The notes under the pieces were generated by a model. That model saw only the letters and a program-made list of their open reading frames with translations, searched no databases and was not told the DNA's origin. From Octopus vulgaris (taxonomy: Eukaryota), in NCBI GenBank assembly GCA_951406725.2, contig OX597830.1, positions 30,938,001-31,002,000 of the forward strand: a DNA stretch of 64,000 nt, given 5' to 3'. Each line of letters begins with the position of its first letter. Position 1 is the stretch's first letter. Positions 10,606-24,200 of this stretch are shown here, in pieces. Position numbers and translations under genes: made by a program.

Positions 10606-12089
10606 ATAAGCAGAGGAAGTTTTTTTCGGAAGCTAAGTACCTGAGTAAGAATTGGTTGGAAAAGAGTACAGGGTGTTATTATCTCTGTTGGCAACCAAGA
10701 GTTTCTACTTTTGGGATAAGAAGCAGATTGACGAGTACCTTTTTACGAAGTACGATGCTGTTCAGTAGCAAGACGTGGATTTCAATGTGGAATATTTGTG
10801 ATGGCTAGATACATGTGTAACGAGATATAGCACCGTCTCTAACCGCCTGTGTAATGCGGGGTTGTACGCGATCTATCCGAATTCTTTGACACCTGCCACC
10901 ATTCTTCACTGCTAGTCATCATACTCTCTCCACGTAACTCTTTATTAACATATATCACTCACTATTAATTTCTAAATCTCTCTTACCTTCTCGTCCCTTT
11001 ATAGCTACCTTTCTCTCTCTTTTACACATTATTCCTGATCCTGTCACACTTTGTGTGACATTTCTCATTTCAATCTTCTTTTATCGCTCCTTCCCTCTCC
11101 CATTGAGCTGTTTTACTATTCAATATCTTAACCAGAAACCAATATGCACCTGCCTATCACGCTCTTTCTCTTGTTACTCCTTACCATCTTCTTCGTTACC
11201 ACATTGCTCTTCTGTACACCGTCTTGGTCACGTTTGCCTTAAACAAAGAGAAACAAGGTCGAGTAGAACAGAACTCTTCAGCTTCACAGAAGATAAGGCA
11301 ACGTCTTTAGTGTTGGTGCCACAATAAACTTCGCTCAGCATACTGTGAAGTAGTTATTGTTAGGAAGGGTATCAGACCCAAGAAACCATAAAATGAAACC
11401 TATGACAGAAGCATATTCCTCATAACGGTCTATGAAGACAGTTATCTGCGAAAAAACTGATTTGAATGGGATCAGCCTATCCTACTCATGTCAGAATGAA
11501 AAGCAGATGCAAAATGATGATTATGACGAGAATTATCTTACACAGTCACTTTCTCTCAACACACACACACACATATTTGCACATACGCATGCAAACACAC
11601 ATTCACTGGAACATACATACATACATGAAGTACGTAACACGAAAAGATGACATGTGCTAGATGTACTGCTTTGAAATCTCCAAGAGAAAATGGGTTACGT
11701 ACATCCACTCCATACACCAAAGCATGCATGTAGAGTTATATACGGTCACACAGGTACAAACATGCATATAAATAGTGAAACCCACACACACGTCTTGGAA
11801 TGTGCGTATGTGTGGACACGTACATATAAATTAACACATACATTCATGTGTATGTATATATACATACATTATATAGATATAACGTATGTATACATAAAAA
11901 AACGTATATCAATGTCATCATCATCATCATTGCTGTTTTAGTGTCTATTTCTCTCAATACTTGTTTCCAAGAAAGGTTGATATTTCTCTTGGTTCTTTCC
12001 ACATGTAGAGTACAAAAGCCTAAGAAGCTTTCCCTGAAGATTGCAACGGAATAACACCATGCGCATAACGGTGACTTTTGTTAACAATT

Positions 12090-12270
12090 CTCATATGATG
12101 TCAAAACAAAGAGGCCTAAACACATAAAACACATAATACAAGAGACCTGTTTCAATTGTAGCCTACCAAATCCACTCGCAAGGCTTTGGTTGGCCCAATG
12201 CTTCAGTAGAAGACACTTTCTTCAATTCACCTTACTGCACAGTATCCCAAACCACACGTTTGTAAAACGA
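12090..12270 (-). mobile_element. SINE family B, degenerate
   Basis: ccaaatccactcgcaaggctttggttggccc..agtagaagacact matches 2215-2270. Confidence 0.6.
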
Positions 12271-12489
12271 ATCTAATATTTCGCAGTATCGACTAAACCA
12301 TCAAATGTTGTTATACACCACCGTTCACAATGCGCTTCCAGTTTTGTCTTGGTAGAGCCATTCTTTTTCATCTTTACCCAATTTGCTCGACCAAATCGTC
12401 TTCCCATCATATACACTCACAAATACATGTATACATAAATTGCATAACTATGTATGTGAATTAAAAATATGAAGAAAAATGCATTCAAT

Positions 12490-14868
12490 ATGTGAAATAG
12501 AGCTTGTATATTTTTATTTGAAGCTAAAGCTTCTTGTTGTTAGTACTCAATGTTTCATGTGGTTCATAGTGAAACTGTGAGTAATGCTGAAAGGAGCATC
12601 AACTTCAAATAAAAAAAAAAAAAAGTAAGTGAAAGAAAATATATACAGAAAAAAAAAATGTAAATGGAAAGAAATTAAATTTAAACAATAGACTAAGTTG
12701 CGTTATTATTATTATTATTGTTATTTTTTTTTCATCTTTTCTGTTTTTTATTTCAGAGAAGAGCAACAAATGTCATGTTTTTTTGCAGGTAGGTTAAGAA
12801 TGAAAGATAGAAAAATGTTACACCAGTTTATCTGCGTGTACCGCCTGAAATATAGTTCTGCAGATATTTACATATACATTCAAACAGCAAACTCACACAT
12901 TTGCACACAACTACACACACATGCACCTTGTTATTTGATATATATATATATGCATACATACACACATATATATATACACACACATATATATATATATACC
13001 TACATATATATATATACATACACAGTTATTCACAAACACATATACTAATATATATATATATATATATATATCTGTATATATATACATATACACGTTATGT
13101 GTACAGGTGTGTATGCACATGTATGCATGCTCATACACACAAACACTCTCACACACAGAGAAAGATACATACATATATATACATACACACACTCAAAGGG
13201 GGAGGAAGAAAAAGAGACACCTCTCACATACTATATCTATATATATATTTATGTGCAAACACACCCACCCACACCCACTCACAACATACATACATATGTA
13301 TATATTTCACAAAAAAAAAGAAAAAAAAAAGAAAAATGAATAATTAAAAAAAAAAATTCTGGAATTTTCCAGAAACCCAGAATGGCAGTTAAGATATTCC
13401 AATGACTTGATAATTACATTATTTTCCAATATTTTATTTCTAAAAAGTGATTTTGTCTATCTAAACCATTTTTATTAGGGAGAGATAAACACACACGCAC
13501 ACACACATATATAGAGACACTCCTACACGTGTGTGTGTATATGTATGTGTATGTATATATATATATGTATATATTTATAAATGCATGTATGTATGCATGT
13601 GTATACACACCAACACCCACACCCAAATAAATTCGGAAAATTAAAATGCCTTTAGAAAGTAAACACAAAAGACAGCACCAGATAACACAGATTAAAGAGG
13701 AATAAAGTGTGTCTGCATAAGTGTATGTATAGGAGTGAGTGTATATATACATGTGTATATATATAAACACATATGTATGTAGATAGATATACATACATGT
13801 ATATATGAAATACACACACACACACACACACACAATGCATTGTCACCCATAACTGTAAATAACTACCTATATACATGTACACAGATACATATACTGCCAA
13901 AATGTGCATATATATATATATATATACATACAAGCACATAAGCATACACTCACAAACGTGTTTGTATATATATACACACATATATATATATACATATATA
14001 CACACATACATATATAAATATATATATATATTGAGAGAAGGGAAATGTATTGATAAAGAGGAGGGAAGATTGTGAAAAGGGAGAGGAAGGAGTAACGTGA
14101 GAGTTTGATTTCTTGTTACTCTCCAAATGACTTCATTCACACACACAGACACACACACACACATTTATCCCATTGTGAGATATATTTTGTAAAACTTATT
14201 TCATTATTCGTAATTTTCTCTTCTTTTTCCATTTGTTTCTTCTTCTTGGGTTTTTTTTTTTGTTTTTTTGTGGGAGGGGAGGGTTGAATATTTCAGAGTT
14301 TATGTATGATGAGGTAAACAATGGTTTGTCTTGTCTTTTAGAACTTATGGCACTGTTCTATGAAATCTGGAAGAATTCAAATCAGGATGTCTCTTAGGCA
14401 TAGATTTGGTAAAAGTCTTTAGAATACACTTGTAAATGGTAATTGGTTTTGAGATATCAGCACAAAGACACACATATATACACATATGCATGTAGGTAAA
14501 AGCATATATGTATAATTGGGTGGGTGGTGGTGAAAGTGTATAGGAAGTATGAGTATATATATATATACACATACATGCACATGCATTTAAATGTATGTAT
14601 AAATATACATATCCAATAACAGCAGTATGTCCTTTTAACGGACATTCACACACATGCATATATATCTGCTTATATACTGATATATAATGCATATGTGTGT
14701 GCGTATGTGGGTGTGTTTGAAGGTGTTTATGCCTGTCTGTCTACTTAAATGGTTGGAATACAGAGATTTCAGTATGCATATATGATGTGCATACATATAT
14801 ACAAACACACCTATATACACCATGAACATATACACACAAATTTTGTTTACTTATGTGTACAGCTATAC

Positions 14869-14902
<34 letters not shown>

Positions 14903-16035
14903 GCACATACATACATACATATCATACGTTGGTCATATATAACAAACTGAATTGAATTTTTTTAAAAAGTCAATCCGTAGTCAGCAACAAATTTTCACTC
15001 AAAATAATCAATTGGAATATTCTTGAATCTTTCGAATTTTTATGAAATGGGACAAAGTTTCAAACCCTGGTTACGCATGAGAGAAAGAAAAAAAAAAACA
15101 AAAACAAAAAAAAGGGACTATGTCTTTTTCCAGGATTTCCTTCAATTTGCTATACACTATACAAATACAAGACAATCTAACAAGAAATAATAATAGTAAT
15201 AATAATAATAATTGTAATAATGATAATAATAATAATAGTAATATTAATGATAATATCTGTGAAATGAAAAAAAAAAACTTAAGTGAAAAGTAAAATGGTA
15301 AGGACTCCACAAAGGATCCAGTTCACCTTTGTTTAGTAGGAAGCGGTTAAATGAAGAACTTTACAGAACCAGTGAATTTTCAACATAAAACGACACAACA
15401 GAATCATAACCAAAGAATATTTTGGTTGCGATTTTTTTTCAGTGATTTTTGTTTTTTTCTATAGTTTTTTTGTTATGAAGAAGCATGTCAAAGGTCAATT
15501 GACTGCTTTGAAATATATCATTATATATATATTATATATATATATTTATTTATTTTACACTTAAAAATGTTTGTTTTTTTTGTGAAATTTTTCATCTTCC
15601 CCTATGTACAAACACAGGGAGCATTCCTATACACAAAAGGGCCAACACATTATTATTATCGTTATTATTATTGTTATTGTTATTATTATTATTATTATTA
15701 CATAATTATTACCATAGTCTTAAGTGAGTTTCCTTTTGCACTCCTTTGACCAGCACATTTTTTTTTTCCTTCTTACAAGGTTCTTCATGATGATGATGAT
15801 GATGACGATGATTATTATTATTATCAATATTATTACTTTAGCTGGTTTCCAGCCACAATATTGTTGAAACATATGAAATATATATATATATACACATACA
15901 CACACATACATTCGGATACATATATATATATATATATTTGTGTATATATACATATATATATTTATAGTTTTTATTCCTCATCTTTCAAAATATCATCTCC
16001 CACAATCACTCTTTCCTCTTTGTCCTCATAACTAT

Positions 16036-16076
<41 letters not shown>

Positions 16077-16491
16077 ACACTCATACTCATTTTCCCCCCT
16101 TTGAATTCCTCTCAGCTGTTCTGTCTGCATCTCCTCCTCTTTCTCTCTCTCTCTTTTCTGCTCTAAATCTTGCTCTCCCTTTGTAGTGGGGTTTTTTTTT
16201 GTGTTGCTGTTGTTGATATTTGTGTTTTGCTGTTTGTTTATTCTTTACTCACATTCAAAATTTTTGAAAGTGATTGACACACATATATACATATATGATT
16301 CTTTAAATTCTCTTTTCTTTTTTTGGCCTGTTTATAAAGTAGATTTAAATGTAGATCAGGAGTATTCAGATAAGTATCTGTTGTATTTCTTTTTTTTCAC
16401 AAATCATGGACAAGAAAATCTATCCACATGAGAAGTTTCAAATTTTCATTTGCAAATCTCCTTTATAACCTCGTCATACAAATGCATGTGT

Positions 16492-16540
<49 letters not shown>

Positions 16541-16600
16541 CACACACACGCACCTATACACACATACATATATATATATATATACATACACATACTTGAA

Positions 16601-16632
<32 letters not shown>

Positions 16633-17883
16633 CACACATACACACGCACACATATATATATATAAACAAACACATGCATACATACATATTCAAATCTTTG
16701 ATTATTTTGTTTATTACTTGTTAATTAATACTGATTCATTGTCACAGCAATGTCTGTTTTGTTATTTGTTTTTTTTTTTTAATTTCATTTCATGTCTGTT
16801 TTTTTTTTTTTCATTTGTTTTCTTTTATTTTCATTATCATTATCATTGTCAAATGTATATTTTTAAATGATTTTTCTTCGTTTTCGTCGTATTTATTAAT
16901 TTGTTATTTTCTCTTTTTTTTTTAAATAATAATAATAATAATAATAATAATGATAATAATAATCATAATAATAATAACATATTTTGCTTGAGCATCCAAT
17001 TCTGATGAGAAAACGATATGATAATACAATATGTATGATAATACATGTGATATTACAAGGGACAAGTATGTATGTATATGTGTCATATATATACATATAT
17101 ATATATATATATTACACATATGTATATGTAAGTGTATGTAGGTGTGTGTATGAGCGTATATGTCATACATATGTATGTAGGTAGCAAATGGTCTTTTCAA
17201 AGACCAATATGTATCACTGGAGAGAGAGTGGTGAGAGTAGGAAAGATAGAGAGGAGAGAGAGAGGGAGAGAGAAAAATTTGAATGAAACAAAACAAAAGT
17301 GAGAATTAGATGGGGGGAAAAAAAAAAACTTCCCAACAAAAATCAAAAGTAACATTTAAAAAATTAACTTGAATTGATAGAAAAATAACGATCGGAGATA
17401 AAAGAGAACAAAAATGAAAATAACATATCAGGTAAAGAGTGGGAGGTGGGGGGGTAGAAATGAATGAAAGAAGGGAATACAAAAAAAAAAAAAAATTTTC
17501 TTTTTCCTAATGAAATGAAAACCAGGAAGAAAAAAAAAAAAGACGTGGAAGAGGGCAATCACAAAATTGTGCAAGATGAGACGATATGTAGTGAAAGATG
17601 CACAGAGAAACCATGTGAAACAACCATTCTTTGCTTTGCTTTTGTTTCTATTGTTTTATTTTTGTTTTATATTATTATTTTGTTCTGTTTTGTTGCTTGT
17701 TTTGAAATTTTTTTTTTTATTCATTTGTTTATTTGCTTTGTGTTTTTTTTTTTAATAATAATCAGGAGGAAGAGGAAGAGGAGGACAAAGATAAGTTTCT
17801 CTCTCTCTCTTTCTCTCACACTTTTTTTATTTGTTTATTTTTTATTCAATTTATTTTTTTTTATTTTATTTTATTTATATCAT
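12490..17883 (-). other. Probable long 3' UTR of the ZFHX-like gene (~5.4 kb)
   Basis: AT-rich, microsatellite-rich stretch after the stop with no recognisable SINE. It ends near an AATAAA (+ strand TTTATT 12513-12518) followed by U-rich sequence, where TE-dense DNA resumes. Other AATAAA hexamers lie closer to the stop, so the end is inferred. Confidence 0.5.
12513..12518 (-). terminator. Candidate distal polyadenylation signal AATAAA
   Basis: Hexamer at the compositional boundary, with a U-rich tract downstream on the minus strand. Confidence 0.4.
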
Positions 17884-18575
17884 TCATTCCAGTTTGGCTT
17901 TTTTGGGCTCACTTGGTCGGTTTGCTTGGTCAGCCAAACTGATTGTGGAGGCAGCAGAGTCTGAAGGCGTCGAAGGAGTTTTCTCGCTCCCTCGACCCTG
18001 ACATTTAGTCAGTGAGCTCAATTGGGAAGTGCTAGGCAATTTGGACTCTTTTGTACTACTACTACTATTGTTTTCTGAAGGGGCTGGTGTAAGGGATGGT
18101 GCTAATCTCCACTCACTCTTGGAGAAATGGCGTAAAGCTTTGCTTTTGTGAACATCTTGATTACAGTGTAGTATAAATTCTTGCGATGTGGAGAATTTAT
18201 CTTGGCATGCTAGACACTCATACTGAAGTTGTTCGAGTTTTAAAATTGGCTTAATGCCATCAGATACTTTCCCTGCTGGAAAACATATCAAATGTTGATG
18301 ATTGTCACAACCATCTTTGCCAGGATACACTATGTGGCACTTCTTGCATATATAACCAACATCTACTGTGCTCTCTTGAGCACATTTAAAATCGTTCTCA
18401 GACAAAGCAGATTTGAGATCTGCAATAGTCTTACAATCTTGGGTATACTGGGCTACAGAAGAACTGGGTTCTATAAGTTTGGCACTGACATGGCGTCGAG
18501 CTTGTTCTGGTATTTGTAATAAAGATAGAGGAGTTCCAAATGTCACAGGGTCGTAGGCGAGTAGCTGTTCCATCC
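17884..18575 (-). CDS. ZFHX4: ZFHX-like gene, last coding exon with two zinc fingers and TGA stop
   Basis: Acceptor tttttacag|GG ATG GAA at 18575 (phase 1). Encodes YDPVTFGTPLSLLQIP, CKKC..HQHLIC and YECLACQDKF..HCNQDVH; stop at 17886-17884. Confidence 0.92.
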
Positions 18576-19717
18576 CTGTAAAAATCAGAGAAAACAAAAT
18601 GAATATGAGGAAAGTCTTTGAGAAAAACAAATAAAATCTTACACATGTGTATATACCTCAAACACATACACACATCTACAATGTTTCATTTCCATGTTCA
18701 CTTAAAGATAAAGATACACTCATACACAAATGTACATGCATGCATACACACACACACGCACATATATATATATGAAATACATATATCAGCAGTTGTAAAT
18801 CCGTTGGAGTGATTACCCAACTAATTTCAACTGTTCTCTCATTTCCAGTACTAGTGTATTTTCTTGGGACAAGACAACTCTCCAGTATAATTGACTGAAT
18901 GGAGATACTGTACAGTAGAAAGGAATCTCTGTTCTTGCCAAAGATAAGATGACTTTTCTAATTCTTGTGGCATGATAATAGGTGCATGGTAAAGTGGTAG
19001 GTGAAATGATGGCAAAATTTTAGGGTAGAGAAGACTGTCATATTGCTGAGGATATGACATCTCTGGTGTTGGTGCCATATAAAATGCACCTCAATATGCC
19101 AAGTAAAATATTTGACAAAAGAAAGGATATCTAACCACAGAAAATGTGCCAAAAGCACAATGCAAGAGCAAGACATAAACCCTGACTTATCTAGAGGGGC
19201 AATAATTTTAAATAAGAATCATCTTGTCAGTGACAACCCATCCAATTTATACCAGCTTGGTAAAACAAATTTAAAATGATGACAATGTTGTTGATAGACC
19301 TGCAAGATCTACAAGTCCTTCTGTAGACTGGGCATTTGTTTCGTTGGATGTCATATGATCATCATCCAACTGCTACCTCTGTACCATTTTGTGATAAGTA
19401 GCTCTTAGATGTTACAATCTGGTTATTATTGCAACTGAATGATTGTCAGAGGCCTTTAAAAGATTGGAAGGATTCTGCAGAACACCTGCATAGTTTTGAT
19501 TTAGTATGGAAAAACTGTTGCACATTAGATTCCATATGACTTTGACATCGAGATATTTTGGTCCAACAGCAAGAATATCAACAATTACATAACAATTACA
19601 ATTTACAAGAAGTCAGGGAGTAAGCTGCATTACCCACAGAAAAAGTTGTCATTTACAAAAAAAATAATATTAAAAGAAAAAATGTGGGGAGAAAAAAAAA
19701 AAGGAAGGAAAACTTAC

Positions 19718-19882
19718 CCGGCATTAAACCAAATTGGAAAAGTGGAAGATTTACTCCTCCAGAGAAAAAGTTTGGAAATCCTGTGTATATACTTGGAATT
19801 AAACCTGGTTCAAAACCTAGTCCGGTAAAAGGAGACATCAACTGAGGTGACAGGAAGTTTGTAGCCTCTCGACGGCTTTGTG
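19718..19882 (-). CDS. ZFHX4: ZFHX-like gene, penultimate coding exon (165 nt)
   Basis: Acceptor ccttacttcctccag|CA CAA at 19882; donor CCG G|gtaagt at 19718; phase 1/1; open frame AQSRREATNFLSPQLMSPFTGLGFEPG...FGLMP. Confidence 0.85.
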
Positions 19883-19961
19883 CTGGAGGAAGTAAGGAAA
19901 ATTATAAAATTAGACTTAGAAATATTGCATAAGTAATTATCTTAATAATAAACATATTTCT

Positions 19962-20175
19962 AATTTAGGGAACGACACTTGAAATTTGGGTGAAGAACGT
20001 AGTTGATTACACCAATCCCCCTAATAGTTGACTAGTACTTTATTTTATCAGCTCTGGAGGAATGAAAGGCATAGTCAAGTTTGGTGGGATTTGAACTAAG
20101 AATGAAAAAGACCAGGACAAATGTCATAAGATATTTAACCTGACACTAACAATTCTGACAATAGCAAGTTAGCAG
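19962..20175 (-). mobile_element. Old SINE family A copy in an intron
   Basis: actagtactttattttatc..aatgaaaggcatagtcaag..gatttgaactaagaatg is a diverged match to 2960-3030. Confidence 0.65.
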
Positions 20176-21219
20176 TGGGATCAATGTTGTTTCTAGCATC
20201 ATCATCGTTGTTGTTATCATTATCATTAAGGTGGGAATAGAAGAATTGATTAACAGACAAGTATAATATTTTGAAAGCAGAGGCAGCTGAGCATAGTATT
20301 TTACACAGTTTAAAGTTTCATTACTATTGTGCTAATTTGTTTCCTGCATTCTGGGTTCAACTTTGGCAGGGGTTATTTTTTTGTGCCTCACCCGTCCTGG
20401 ATTGATAAAAATCAGTATCCAACAAGAATTATACAGTTGTCTCATCGCAAAATAATGATAATAATCATTATACAAAAAAAGAAACCCAGTTTCCGGATCT
20501 ACTCCAGTTACTCATAGCTCAGTCTTCATCATGAGCAGAAGGAGAATGTCTTTATGAAGTCATTTGAAATGTTAAAAATAGCAGTCAAAATTTTCTCCAA
20601 TCATATCTAATTGTCATTATAGAAAAAGAAGGAAACATTGAACAAAGTGTTCTTAAATATTCAAAGTTTGCCTTTGATTATATGGTGTCTGATCAATCAG
20701 GGCTGAGCTGGAGCAAAAGAACAGAACAGTCCTCTTATGCAGTCTACTCTTGCCTATGTAACTATTCATACCTAAAAGTTTACAAATAAATAAGCTCAAC
20801 TTAGTACACATACAAACTACACATAAATGTCATCATAAAAGCAAGTTAAATTAACATGTAAAATAATTAAAGTAATTAATAAACTGAATATTACTTTCTT
20901 CCTTTTCTTTTTTCTCCCCGTCTGATTTCACTGTTTCTTTCTTGACGTCAGGGAAAAAAGAGCTTGCATTAAATGGCGTGTTAAATGCTAGAGAAAAAGA
21001 GGAAGAAGAAAAAAGAAAAATGGTAAATAAATTGAATAAAAAATAACATGGAAAACAGACTGAATATCAAATTTTAATGAAACAGATTCATAATCGTTTA
21101 TAACTGGTTACCCACCAAAAAACAAAAATAAAGGTTTGGGTAAAAGTTACTGTATTTATGAATGAGTGTGTGTGTTTAGATTTATAAAGAAGCATTAAAA
21201 ATATAAGCTATAAACTTAC

Positions 21220-24200
21220 CACTGGAAGTACTTTGCAATCCGAGTGCATTGAGTCTCATTGCTTGTAACTGAGCCAGGTGTGGAGAGCTGGCAACAGATG
21301 CTTCGTCCCAGACTTTACGCATACGCTCAATCTCACGCTGCTGTTGCAACATTTTGGTCATTCCTGAAGGGTCCGCCAACTCCCTTTCTGCGTTTGACTG
21401 GGACTGGATAAACTGACGCACATTGTCGATGTGCTTCTTTGTGAAAATGTGATCTTGCACTGTATACTTGTGCGAGTATTTAAAGTTGCACAAAGTACAT
21501 TCTTCGGGTGGCTTCGAGAAATCCACATCCGTTCCAAAAGTCTTGGTGTATGCCAGTTTGTTTTTCTTCTCTTTCGCTCGGGCGTTCTGAAACCAGACTT
21601 GAACAACACGTTTGGGTAATGCAATTTCTCTGCCGAGCATTTCGCACTCCGCCATAGTTGGCGTTTTGTAATCGGCAAATAATGTTTTCATCACTCTGAC
21701 CTGCATACTGCTCATCTGAGTACGATAACGTTTGCCATGTTGATGGGACGAGGAGGAGGAAGATGACGTAGCATTAGCCGGTGATGACGGGCTGTGCTCC
21801 ATCAAACCGCTAGAATCCTCGCACCCTTCAACTTCATGGCTCTCGGAATGTGTTTCTGATACAGAATCGTCTAGACTATGTCTGCGAAGGTATCCATCCA
21901 TGCTTCTCTCACTCATATCAGTAGATGGACCATCTGATGAAGTCTTTTCACAATCGGTGTTCACGCGGATGGGTTTGCTAAGATCAAGGGGAGCATCATT
22001 GTCCTCAGAGCTCTTACTCTCGACAACTCGAGCCGGCTGCTTTTTCTCGGGTTCGGAGGCTGCCTGCTTGCTCTGTGGAGACTCGACGGCAGCTTGTGAC
22101 GGACGCTGAACGTGACTAGCAGCACTGAGTTCACTGATGAACTTCTTGAACGAAGCTTCACAGAATTGTCTCATTGATGTCTGTAGAGGATCAGAGAGCC
22201 CAGAAAAACCCATTCCTAGATTGCCTTGCGGCATGAAAGGCAGGAAGTGCTGCATACTCGAAGGAGATAACAATTTACTGAGATCTTGGTTACCTGTAGA
22301 GTGGGTAGAAGATGAAGCTGCCTGGGAAACAGGTGGAGGTGGAGGGGGTGGAGGTGTTGAATCGACAGTTGCATCAGGAATGTTGTCAATATTTATCTCG
22401 CCCTTCGCCATTTCCTCAGGATGTTTTGTTGCTAAATGCGATTCCAGAGCAGATTTTGCTCGGAATAAAGCACGACAGAATGGGCAACGTTTATGTATGA
22501 GCTGCTGATGCGCCCTGTATTGCCCTTTGCGCTCCCGTGCTCTAGTATTTTGAAACCACACCTGTACAACTCGTTTCTTTAACCCCACCTCCGAAGCAAT
22601 GGTCTCCAGCTGCTTACGACTAGGGTTGCAGTCAATCTGATATTTCTGATACAGGTAATCTAATTGTTCAGGTAAAATAGTCGTTCGCAATCGTTTGTCT
22701 CTCGGCTGGTCTCTTTCCTCTTCTTCCTCTTCAGCTTTACGCTTTATCGGCGTTAGAGATTTGTCGTGCAGCAAACTGAGTTGATGCGTGGTCGCTTGTT
22801 GCTGCATTTGGGGTTGGGGTGAGGGAGACACAGTTGGCAGTACACTAAACGTACTGTCATTGGGGAAGTTCGGAAAGAGGTTCGGGTTCAGAGAATGGAC
22901 ATTTAAATGCTCCTGCCATTGTTCGATTTTGGGGAAGAATAGATTACATTTGTCGCACCTGTGCAGTTCGTTCTTAGTGCCAATGCTGCTGCTGCTGCTG
23001 CTATTGCTACTGCTACTACTGCTGCTACTGCTGTTGTTATTGCTGGCTAAAGAGGTGGAGGACAACACACCACCACCACTACCACCAGCAGCACCACTAG
23101 TACCAGTGCTGGGGCAGGGAACAGAAACGGCAGGGGCCGGCAGGCTCAGTAAGGACGTTGAGGAAGAAGGAATGGTATTAATTGATGGGGAGGTGGAGGA
23201 AGGCGAAGAAGATGTGGAGGAGGAAGAAGAGGACAAAGTGGAAGAAACTGCAGTGGTCACAGTTGGAGGGGCAGCAGCAGTCGACTGCGTGGCCTGATTG
23301 GCACTTATGATGGCCATCACAGTTGAAGTGGAGGTTACTTCTTTGACAGGGCCACAATTGCTGTTTGCAATAGTTGAAATGGGCTTCGACAAGTCTGCTG
23401 TATGTGTTTCACTTGACTCTGAGTGGCTGGTGTCCTCCTGGGAGGTCACAGTAGAATTGCTATCCTCATCATGAGTGGCATTTAAGGAGCCACTTTTCTC
23501 ACCTTCATGACAGTTTTGCCGTTTTTGGTGCTTCATTAGATCATAATAGCGTGGGAAGATCGAATGGCACTTTTTGCACTGATATTGATAATTTGGACCA
23601 GATCGGTTAAAGGTGCCCGAGCCATCATCTCTGATATCAACAGGGGATTGGTTTTCGTAAATCTTCCTAGCTTTCTGACGAGCATTCTGAAACCACACCA
23701 CAATTACTCTAGGGCTAAGGTTAAGCAGTTTCGACAGGTGATCAAGGTCATCGTCCTTTGGATAAGCATTTTGCTCAAAGTACTCTTGGAGTACCTTAAT
23801 CTGGTAGTCAGTGAAGCGTGTGCGGTTCGCCCGTTTGCCAGACCCACTCTGGGAATTATTGCTTCCACTGTTACTGCTGTTGTTGCCATTATTACTGCTA
23901 CCGCTGCTGTTGAGGATAATATTGTTGTTGTTACTGCTGTTGATATGGCTGTTGATGCTGTTGTTGTTGCTATGGTGGCTGTTGTTGTTACTGAGGTGGT
24001 TGTTGCTAATGCTATTGCTGATGCTATTGCTGATGCTGTTGCTGATGCTGTTGCTGATGCTGTTGCTGATGCTGCTGCTGTTGTTGCTGTTGTTATTGCA
24101 GCTTATGCTGTTGGTGCTACTGAAGAAGTCAGGTTTATCTTGGAAGTCAAGAGGAATATGACGAGGCCCAACTGGAGTTGAAGCAATGTGGTTTGGTACT

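Noticed and set aside
12698-17964. Numerous YI/CV/HT-repeat ORFs
   Set aside because: Translations of AT/AC microsatellites in the probable UTR.
17884-18630. ORF-track starts and ends (18630, 27724, 37140, 21182, 36127) as separate genes
   Set aside because: Splice signals show these are exons of one gene; the ORF ends run into introns.
18850-19620. Complex intronic sequence as a possible old LINE or extra exon
   Set aside because: No motif I could recognise; left unannotated.
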